A DNA stretch of 64,000 nucleotides. It comes from Macrostomum lignano. Its lineage: Eukaryota. The stretch is taken from contig NIVC01002957.1 in the NCBI GenBank assembly GCA_002269645.1, positions 3,258 to 67,257 on the forward strand, written 5' to 3'. The notes under the pieces are model-generated. The model saw only the letters and a program-made list of their open reading frames with translations. It ran no database searches and was not told the origin of the DNA. This document shows positions 45,667-56,600 of the stretch, piece after piece; position 1 is the stretch's first letter; every line of letters starts with the position of its first letter. The translations under genes and the position numbers were made by a program.

Positions 45667-45978
45667 ATGTCCAACAGAGCCGCCCCTACCGCCGTCTGCG
45701 ACTCGAAGAAGCCGTTGCTGCCGCTGTTGCTGCTGCCGCTGCTGCTGCTGGTGACCGGCGGCGCTAAAGCGGCGCCTCTGCAGTTTTCGGCGCTCTCGGA
45801 GGCGCCAGCCCGTGACGTCACCCATGAAGTCAGCGTCAGAGCTGTCGGCAAGCGCGGCGGCTGGCTGGTGCAGGTGCGAGACAAGGTGCTGCTGTTCAGG
45901 TCGGAGAGGGACGCCAAGGCGTTCCTGAGCAGCCACTATCACCACCTGTGGGCTGTGAACCGGCCCCGGTTCGGCTGA
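45667..45978 (+). CDS. NPF/NPY-family neuropeptide precursor, 103 aa, single coding exon
   Basis: Leu-rich signal peptide, GKR site, then a 39-residue peptide ending ...AFLSSHYHHLWAVNRPRF followed by G-stop (amidation donor). The C-terminus matches the (G)RPRF-amide signature. Confidence 0.75.
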   Translation: MSNRAAPTAVCDSKKPLLPLLLLPLLLLVTGGAKAAPLQFSALSEAPARDVTHEVSVRAVGKRGGWLVQVRDKVLLFRSERDAKAFLSSHYHHLWAVNRPRFG

Positions 45979-46413
45979 CGGCACCGGCCGGCCATTCTTG
46001 GCGCCATTTTTTGTTATCATTTTAAAGTCCTTTTGAGCTTGTAAAAATAATGGACAGACAGCTTGTACCCAGCGATGCGGAGTTGCTCTAATGGCAACAG
46101 CTAATTGTTTAGCTATCTCTACTTATTAATAAATATATGCTACCATTGAAGTCCCACTTGCCGCGGTGCATTGGGGAAAATACATAAATAATCTGTTATC
46201 CTCTGTAGGCTTCCTGAATTATGAACTCGTGTGTTGTGTGTGGCGGTGCACCGTAAATGACATCAATAATTTGGCACGACTTATTAATTCTATAAACAGA
46301 ATGCCGAATGAAAACAGGATGCCCGGATATAGCCGAGATAAATTGGGTCTTGGGGTGGCACTTAGTATAGCCTGGATTGGATCGCTGGGAGTGATTAAGG
46401 GAGTGAAATTCAC

Positions 46414-47420
46414 TCAGGTTGGTGAATATGGAGTGACTCAGGTTGGTGAATATGGAGTGACTCAGGTTGGTGAATATGGAGTGACTCAGGTTGGTGAATA
46501 TGGAGTGACTCAGGTTGGTGAATATGGAGTGACTCAGGTTGGTGAATATGGAGTGACTCAGGTTGGTTAATATGGAGTGACACAGGTTGGTGAATATGGA
46601 GTGACACATTTTGGTGAATGAACTGACACATTTTGGTGAATGAACTAACACAAATCGGTGAATGAATTGACACAGGTTGTTGAATGAATTGACACAGGTT
46701 GGTGAATGAACTTACACAGGTTGGTGAATGAATTGACACACGTTGGTGAATTAACTGACACAGGTTGGTGAATGAACTGACACAGGTTGGTAAATGAACT
46801 TACACAGGTTGGTGAATATTGAGTGACACAGGTTGGTGAATGAATTGATACAGGTTGGTGAATGAATTGACACAGTTTGGTGAATGAACTTACACAGGTT
46901 AATGAATATTGAGTGACATAGGTTGGTGAATGAATTGACACAGGTTGGTGAATGAACTTACACAGATTGGTGAATGAACTGACACAGGTTGGTGAATGAA
47001 CTTACACAGGTTGGTGAATATTGAGTGACACAGGTTGGTGAATGAATTGATACAGGTTGGTGAATATTGAGTGACACAGGTTGGTGAATGAATTGACACA
47101 GGTTGGTGAATGAACTTACACAGGTTGGTGAATATTGAGTGACACAGGTTGGTGAATGAATTGACACAGGTTGGTGAATGAACTTACACAGGTTGGTGAA
47201 TATTGAGTGACACAGGTTGGTGAATGAATTGACACAGGTTGGTGAATGAACTGACACGAATTAGTGAATGAACTGACACAAATCGGTGAATGAACTGACA
47301 CAAATCGGTGAATGAACTGACACAAATCGGTGAATGAACTGACACGAATTGGTGAATGAACTGACACGAATTGGTGAATGAACTGACACAAATCGGTGAA
47401 TGAATTGGCACATATTGGTG
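46414..47420. repeat. Compound 22/24-bp minisatellite (CAGGTTGGTGAAT core)
   Basis: 24-bp CAGGTTGGTGAATATGGAGTGACT units grading into 22-bp CACAGGTTGGTGAATGAATTGA units. Confidence 0.93.
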
Positions 47421-47698
47421 AATATGAATTGAATCCTAATCGAAACTCACTGATCTCCGAATTTACATAGTCGGGTGTATTTTTGAATTTAAGAGGCCAA
47501 CAGATCCTATCAATGTCAGCCGCCAAGAACCCAATTTTCCGAGAATCACTCGCGCAAAAATGACAACCAAATCAGCTCTGTGATGAAGCGAATGAATCGT
47601 CAATCCGGATGCAAAAATGAAACGAAACGATATTCGATACAAGATGTGCGACAAATGAGCAGCCTGTGGAGTGTGCCGAGTGTACAGTACCCGTTGCC

Positions 47699-50600
47699 TC
47701 ACTGGCAGTTGTCCGCCTGGCACCGCGGCTGGCCAACGAGGCTGTCGGAGAGGGCGCAGCTGCACCGCTGGCAGAGCGGCCGCTCCAGTCGGGTCTTCAG
47801 CCATGCGAAAATTCGGCGACTGATTTTCACGCTGTGGGACCGGCTCGCTGCGAATCTGTCAAGGTGCCACACCGTGCCGCTGGCTGCGGGTGGGCAGGTG
47901 CGGGAGGAGCAGCTGCTGTCATTTCCTCTGCGGCTCTGCCGCCCTCTGCCACCCTCTGCCACCCTCTGCCACCTTCTGCCACCCTCTGCCACCCTCTGCC
48001 ACCCTCTGCCACCCTCTGCCACCCTCTGCCACCCTCTGCCACCCTCTGCCACCCTCTACCACCCCTGACCCTCTGCCACCCTCTGCCACCCTCTGCCACC
48101 CTCTGCCACCCTCTGCGACCTTCTGCCACCCTCTGCCACCCTCTGCCACCCTCTGCCACCCTCTGCCACCCTCTGCCACCCTTTGCCACCCTCTGCGACC
48201 TTCTGCCACCCTCTGCCACCCTCTGCCACCCTCTGCGACCCTCTGCCACCCTCTGCCACCCTCTGCCACCCTCTGCCACCCCTGACACTCTGCCACCCCT
48301 GACCCTCTGCCGCCCTCTGCCACCCCTGACCCTCTGCCACCCTCTGCTACCCTGACCCTCTGCCACCTCTGCCACTCTCTGCCACCCTGACCCTCTGCCA
48401 CCTTCTGCCATCCTGACCCTCTGCCATCTCCTGACCCTCTGCCACCCACCATCAATCCTCTATATGACTCTTCATCATCCACTCAATAAAACCTTCCCCA
48501 ATCCCCTGTATGACTCAATCACCTCTCTTTCTCTCCTTTCTCTTCTTGCTTCTCTCCTCCCTCTCGCCATTTCTCAACACAGCTGGCCCAATTCTCCCCT
48601 CTTCCCCTTGCCTTTGTTATGCGAGTCCATCGCCAGTTCGGAGCTGCAGTCGCCGCTGGGGTTCAGCGCCGTCAGGCTTCCGATTGGCTCGGCCCGCCTG
48701 TCCGAGTAGAAAACCTCCCTCCGGTCGTAGCCAATCAGATTTTGCAGCCAATCATTGATGCGAGTCGGCCTTGGGATGCCTCGCTTGGTGAGAACGTGCA
48801 AGAAGATTTCGCTGCTAACTACTTTGAATGCTTTGTCGAATGATCTGGCGTAGTCCCAGGATCGGGCAGTGCACCTGCGAGGTTGGAGAATACGAGTATG
48901 GGGTTCAAATAGGGTGGGGTGAGGGTAGAAATAGGGGTTGCTCTTTATATGGGCAGAAGTTGGGGTGGCTGTCTGTAAGGGTAGGAATTGAAGTTACTGT
49001 CTATGGGGGTAGGAATTGGGGTGGCTGTCTATGGGGGTAGGAATTGGGGTGGCTGTCTATGGGGTAGGCAGGGTGGCTGTCTATGGTGAAGGAATCGGGG
49101 TGGCTGTCTATGGGGGTAGGAATTGGGTGGCTGACTATGGGGGTAGGAATTGGGTGGCTGACTATGGGGGTAGGAATTGGGGTGGCTGTCTATGGGGGTA
49201 GGAATTGGGTGGCTGACTATGGGGGTAGGAATTGGGGTGGCTGTCTATGGGGGTAGGAATTGGGTGGCTGACTATGGGGGTAGGAATTGGGGTGGCTGTC
49301 TATGGGGGTAGGAATTGGGTGGCTGACTATGGGGGTAGGAATTGGGTGGCTCACTATGGGGGTAGGAATTGGGTGGCTGACTATGGGGGTAGGAATTGGG
49401 GTGGCTGTCTATGGGGGTAGGAATTGGGGTGGTTTTTTATGGGAGTTTTAAGTAGGCGACGTGACTCACGTCTGACACGAGAAGAGGAAGATATGCTTCT
49501 GCGCCAGAGGCTCCCATGCGTACTGAGTCTGCAGCGCCGCTAGCGCTTTGAGTACGTCGAACTGGTGCACTGAGGTGCCGTTCAGTCGGACTTTCACTAG
49601 GCCGGCGTTAAGGTTGGCGAGGTTGCCAAACCGACGGCTGGTGTCGTGAATTGGATGCGCCGTCAGCACCGGCTCGCCTTGGCCGCCAAAATGAGCTAGG
49701 CCGAACTCCACGGACTTCAGGTCAGGATAGGACATGTTCAGCCGGTCTGGGAGGTTTAGTAGTTGGGTTCAGTTGAGAGTAGGTGAACAGGTAACAGGTG
49801 AGAGTAGAAAATGAGGTGGGTGGGTAACAGGTGAGAGTTGAAAATGAGGTGGATGGGTAACAGGTGAGAGTAGAAAATGAGGAGGGTGGGTAGGAGCAGG
49901 TGAGAGTAGAAAATGAGGAGGGTGGGTAGGAGCAGGTGAGAGTAGAAAATGAGGTGGGTGGGTAGCAGGTGAGAGTAGAAAATGAGGAGGGTGGGTAGGA
50001 GCAGGTGAGAGTAGAAAATGAGGTGGGTGGGTAACAGGTGAGAGTAGAAAATGAGGAGGGTGGGTAGGAGCAGGTGAGAGTAGAAAATGAGGTGGGTGGA
50101 TAGGATAGCAGGTGAGAGTAGAAAATGAGGTGGGTGGGTAGCAGGTGAGAGTAGAAAATGAGGAGGGTGGGTAGGAGCAGGTGAGAGTAGAAAATGAGGT
50201 GGGTGGGTAACAGGTGAGAGTAGAAAATGAGGTGGGTGGGTAACAGGTGAGAGTAGAAAATGAGGAGGGTGGGTAGGAGCAGGTGAGAGTAGAAAATGAG
50301 GAGGGTGGGTAGCAGGTGAGAGTAGAAACGGAGTTCCAAATTCCAAATTTTTACTCCCTGATGTGTCCAGCAATTTAATTTCTGCTTTTGTCGGATTTCC
50401 ATCCTCCAAATATTTGTACTTTCTATTACCTTGTACTTTTCAGTTAACCGTCTCCCTTTGTCTACCATGCCTTTCCCACAGACTATCGCAACCGTTCATT
50501 TACCACAGACAATTCGGCTGGCCTGTTCATTATTGTTAGTATAAATACAACTTCAACCCGCGGCTTAGGCCCTTCACTTCTTCTTTCCCCTCCTTCCTTT

Positions 50601-53600
50601 CTGCACCACTTATATCTCGTTCTATTAGTTTATTGTCTAATCGACAATTTTGGTAGCAGAGCGTCATGGTCATCACACGATCGACAACTGACCAATCTGG
50701 CGACCATCAGCAGTCCCAGGACGACCACCTCTCAATCTCTACTGAAGCGACCACTGCCGCGGAGCAGCCACCCGTCGAAAGCAGCGACCCGCCGCCAGCC
50801 GCTTCATCCGCCACGACATCCGCTCCTCCCGCTGCTCCGTCCTCAGCTCCGATCCCTGCAACAGCTCCCACTGCCTCCGTCGACGTAAACGCCCTCATCG
50901 CCTCAATGACTGCGATGATGCAGCAGAACCAGCAGCTCATTTAACAGCTCGCCGCCACCGTCCGTCCAGCCTCAACACCAACTGCTTCAACACCCGCACC
51001 AGATGCTCACGATCCGGCCGGGCTCGTCCGCTCCACCATTCACAAGAACGTACATCTCCCGACCTTCGACGGTACGGACCCTGCTGCATTTCCGGGCTTC
51101 TGGGACGCCTTCGTCTACCGCGTTGACCGCTCCAGCCTCAACGACGTCGACAAATTCGAGGCGCTTCGCGGTCTGCTCTCCGGCTCCGCTCTCAAGAAGC
51201 TCGGTGCCCTCAATGCCTACCAACCCAACGCCTACGCCGAGGCCTGCCGTGTCCTCCAGGCCAACTACACCGACACACAGGAGCAAAAGAACGCCTCCTT
51301 CCAGCGTCTCCTCGCCCTTCACTGCAACTCTGCCTCCGACATAGACGAGCTCGAGACCTACACCGACGCCCTTCGACTCGCTACCGGCCAGCTCCTCCGC
51401 CTTGGCGAGCCCGCCAGCACCATCGACGGCTACGTCTACGCCCTGTGGAGCCGCCTCCCGATCGAGTTGCAGAGCGAGATCCGCAACCTTCGTGCTGCCA
51501 ACGGGCAGCCTCTCATGCCAACTATTACACAGCTCCAGTGCCACCTCGATTACAAGCTGAAGACGCTCAGAGTCGCTTCCGCTACCCCTCCGGCTGCGAC
51601 CTTCGCTTCCGCCATCCTTCTGGGCAACGCCAGTTCCCAGCCGCCACAAGTCCGCAGCACCGGCAATCGCTTATCGTCGGACGCCTATCAACCTGACCCC
51701 GCTCCTTGCGCCGACATTAAATCTCGCCCAGCCGCGAAGTTAAGTTCCACTGCCAGCCAAGAGCCCAAGAGTTCTTGTCCCTGCAGCGACGCCAGTCAGC
51801 CTATCAGCCCTAACGTACCCGCCCAAGCGCTTCGACCGACTCTCAAAGCCTGTCCGACACCCTTCGGGGCCATCCTCGACGACTCCCTCGATACCACAGC
51901 CTCTCGTCTCAACGGCTTCCTCGGCTCCTCGCAAGTGGTCATTGCGAACACTTTCCCTAACAACGATGGGCTCCACCTCGACCGACTTCTGGACAGCATG
52001 TCCAACCTCGAAGCTCTCGGCACGGCAAAGGATGCTGAACGGCCCGACGCCAGGAACGACAGACCCCAGGAACGCCTGCCCGACTCAATCATGCGCGATA
52101 CCGACGGTCGAATCTCCGTCGACCTGCCATTCGAACCTGGAGCCGAGCTCCTACCTTCCAACTTTGGCCAGGCCTTCGGTAGTGCTCAAGCCACCCACCG
52201 CCGCCTCAGCCTTCCCGAGCGCGAGGCCTACTACGCCGAGTTCGAGAAGCGCAAGCAAAAAGGTGTCCTGGAACGAGTCAGCCCTGGCCAGCCAGCTGGC
52301 CCAGTCATCCAGACTCTGCCGCACTTCCCAGTCATAAAGGAGAGCTTCAACACGACGAAGATCCGCCCCGTCGTCGACGCTTCTGCCAAGACCTCGCTCG
52401 CTGGCGCTACACTCGACGACCTCCTAGAGCCTGGGCCCAACCTGCTGACCTCAATGCTTCAAGTCTTTCTAGTTCACCGCGCTCACCGGTTCAGCATCTC
52501 ATCTGACCTCAAGGCCGCCTTCTACCAGATAGGTGTTCACGAGCCTCACCGCGACGCCCTCCGCATCATCCTTCCAAAGGATATCAACAAGCCGCTAGTA
52601 CAAGGCAACTTCGAGCTCTGGCGCTTCACTCGCATCGTCATGGGCGCCTCTCCCAGCCCGTGGATTCTCCTGGCGGTCCTCCACAAGATCTGCTTGGACG
52701 CAATTAACTCTGGAGATTCCGACCTCACCCGACCCGAGCTCGAGCGCATCATCGGCGGCCTCTACGTCGACAACCTTGTCATCGGCGCTGACACCAAGGA
52801 AGATGATGCCCGTCCCGTCTGCCGGCTTGGCTTCCGGCCCGGAATTATTGTTGCACCTGACTAAACATTTTACCGTTTCCACGAACTAAAATCAATGCGC
52901 AAATACTCGCTTTTAATCATTCTACTGATTTTACCATTCAAAATCCCCTCTATCTTATCGTTACCTGTTGGCCCCCCGAGCCTGTCGGATTTCCATCCTC
53001 CAAATATTTGTACTTTCTATTACCTTGTACTTTTCAGTTAACCGTCTCCCTTTGTCTACCATGCCTTTCCCACAGACTATCGCAACCGTTCATTTACCAC
53101 AGACAATTCGGCTGGCCTGTTCATTATTGTTAGTATAAATACAACTTCAACCCGCGGCTTAGGCCCTTCACTTCTTCTTTCCCCTCCTTCCTTTCTGCAC
53201 CACTAATCACATATTGTTAGTTGTTAGTTTATTGTCTATTCGACAGCTTTAAAGAAAATCCAGTTACAAAACTCCTATTTAGTAAACTGGTGAAAACACA
53301 ATTGAAGTTCATTTTTTGTTTTTCAAAGCCGTTCTAAATATTTTCTATTTTTACAGTTTCTGCTTTCTGCTGGTCTGTGTTTCTATGCCTATTAGAAAAT
53401 TGGCACTACTAATATTTGGGATTGGAACGACAGCAATATTTCTTAAAGAACAAAAGCCAACCTAACTCGAGTGCCTTTGCACTGACTCTGCAATTATACA
53501 GTCTAATTCAAGTCTAATTTTAGCAATCAGTTTTGCAATTTTAGCAATCGCAATCTTCATGTAGCCAAGGGGTTCCTGAGCACATTTGGCTTTTTTCTTT

Positions 53601-56600
53601 TCATTTTTGCGGCTTTGCAGAAAAATATCTCACTACCGCTCTCCCTCCCCTAGCGATAAGATAGAGAGAGAGTATGAGAGTGGGTGTGAGAGAGGGTATG
53701 AGAAGGAAAATTTAAGAAAAGGCGGTATTGAGAGGGTGGAAGACAATGAGAGAATGCAAGAGAAAGCACGAGAAAGGATGTGTAGAGTGTGTGAAGAGGG
53801 TGTGAGGAGGGTGCGTGAGAGAGTGTGAAAGAGAGGGTGAGAGAGAGTGTGAGAGAGAGTGAGAGAGGGGAGAGAGAGGGTGTGACAGAGGGTGTGAGAG
53901 AGAATGTGTGTGAGGGTATAAGAGAAGGTGTGAGAGAGAGGGTGTGAGAGATATGAGAGTGGTTGTAATAGGGGTGTGAGAGAGGGTGCGTGAGAGGGTA
54001 TGAGTGTTGTATATTAGCAGAGAAGACACAGAGTATGCCCCAGCCCAATGTTTTGTTGTCTAAGGCACAACCTATTATTTTATAATAAAGTAGTTACAAG
54101 ATGAATCCCAAGAGGAGTTTGTATCAACCAGAGCAAAACGATAGCTCGAACCGCTTAAGCGAACCATTGTCTTCTTACTTAAATGTAGCAGCTCCACGTC
54201 GGAGAAGAAGACATAACAATGGCGACGAGGATGGGATTGCCGATTCATCGATAACATAGCCCAAGAATTCAATTCTGTTTAGGCGGAATTCACACTTTTT
54301 CCTATTCAAATGCACACCGTGAGCTAAAAGACGTTCTAATACAGCTTCCAACCTTTTGTCGTGGTCTTCCAAACAACTGCCGGATACAAGAATGTCGTCT
54401 ATATAGACAACCACTTCCAAGCCTTGTAAAATTTTCTCCATCGCTTCTTGAAATTGCGCAGGGGCTGATGCCAGACCCATTGTTAGTCGCTCGTATTGGA
54501 ACAAACCCAGATGTGTGTTAATTGTAGCGAACTTTTTGCACGAATCCTCCAGTTCCAGTTGTAAAAACGCTTGCGAAATATCCAATTTCGAGAAGACTCT
54601 TCCACCATTAAGAGTTGCGAAAATTTCTTCCGGTTTCGGCAGAGCGTACTTGTCAATCTCCAATTGAGGATTAACGGTTCTCTTGAAATCAGCGCAAATC
54701 CTTACGGATTTTCCATCGCGCTTCAAAACTGGGACAATCGGAGATGCAAAGTCTGATGCGCTCACTTTTTTTATTATGCCTTGAGCTTGCAAATTCGCCA
54801 GCTCCTCTTCAATGAGGCTTTTGATCGCAAATGGCACCGGTCGACTCTTGCAAAACTTTGGAATGAAGTTTTCTTTCAACAGTATTCTGGCCTTTAGCCC
54901 TTTGATAGTGCCAAGGCTTTCAGCAAACACTTGATCATACTTCTTCATTAACCGCTCGATAGGTGGAACCAACGTTGTTGTTTTCACATGGGCAAACTTG
55001 CTCCAGTCAATTTTCAACGAAGAGAGCCAGTCCCGACCTAGAAGATTCACTCTGTCTCCCTTCACAACAAGCGCAGTTAGTTGATACTGTCTTTCCTGAT
55101 AGTTAGTTACGATAACAGTAGCTTCGCCCAGAACTGGTATGAGATGATCTGTGTAACTTGACAGTATAACATTAGATTTAGACCACCTTAAGCCAATTTT
55201 CTTGCCAGTATTTTCGTTTATAAGGGTCTTGTCTGCGCCAGTATCCAGTTGGAAATTTACAAAATGCCCATTTATATTTAACTCGCACATATACGGTGCT
55301 GATCCACTAAAGCCAGCCATTCCTGTAGCAAACAGTCCTGATCACGGAATGCTTGTCTCGACCACTGCAGTCCGAACCCTCACTTTCTGACTCACTGTCG
55401 AAATTCCGCGCGTAATGCACCTTACCGGACTTCCCACGTTTTGAAGAGTTGAATCGCTTCGACCTGCCACTTCCAGACTCTTTTGCCTTGTCCTTTGTAC
55501 GGCATGCATCTTTAAGATGTCCTACTCGGCCGCATTTGCTGCACGTTTTATTCCTATTCGGACAGCTCCTTGCCCAATGATCCTTCGCGTTACAGCGGAA
55601 ACATCCATCTTGGGCGCGGCTCCTTTTCCCATGTTGCGCTGCAGTTGATTGCTTGTTAGTTTCCTTCGAGAAATTGACACGATGATCGACTCCTGTGGCG
55701 GACGTGGTAGTCACGACTCCTCGCTCTGCTGCTTCCATCGCAGTCGCTAGCGTTAGTGCACCCGACAGGGTCAGTGTCTCTTCTTATAGCAATCGCTGCT
55801 GGACGAGCCTGTTTCTGAGGCCAACGACGAACCCGTCTCTCAGTGCCTCCTCCAGGAACTTGTCAAAACCACACGTGGCTGCCAAACTCCGCAGACTTGC
55901 AACAAAGTCACTCACTGTTTCTCCTTCGTGTTGGATTCTGCTGTGGAAGTTGTACCGCTCGACGACAATCTTCGGCTTTGGGTTGAAGTGTTCCCTCAGC
56001 GTCTTCACTTGTTAATCGTACGCCACATCCTTTGGCTTCTTAGGCGATAGCAGGTTGCGCAGCAATTGATAACAGTCATTGCCTATCACTGTGATCAGGC
56101 TCGCTCGCTTTTGTGCCTCCTCGGTCACTTTATTCACGACGAGAAATTTTTCTAGCCGCTCTTCGTAGGCTTCCCATTGATCCGGTTTAGCCACGTTAAA
56201 CTCGCCGATTTTTGTACTCGTCGCCATTGTTATGCCTTCTTCTCCAACGTGGAGCTGCTACATTTAAGTAAGAAGACAATGGTTCGCTTAAGCGGTTCGA
56301 GCTATCGTTTTGCTCTGGTTGATACAAACTCCTCTTGGGATTCATCTTGGAACTACTTTATTATAAAATAATAGGTTGTGCCCTAGACAACAAAACATTG
56401 GGCTGGGGCATACTCTGTGTCTTCTCTGCTAATATACAACACTCATACCCTCTCACGCACCCTCCCTCACACCCCTATTACAACCACTCTCATATCTCTC
56501 ACACCCTCTCTCTCACACCTTCTCTTATACCCTCACACACATTCTCTCTCACACCCTCTGTCACACCCTCTCTCTCCCCTCTCTCACTCTCTCTCACACT

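Noticed and set aside
45812-45822. CRE palindrome TGACGTCA
   Set aside because: Lies inside the neuropeptide coding sequence; a single 8-mer is expected by chance.
46166-48482. Repeat-rich ORFs (TQVGEYGV, LCHPLPPSAT, AEGGRGWQRV) as structural proteins
   Set aside because: They coincide exactly with minisatellites, one inside a defined intron.
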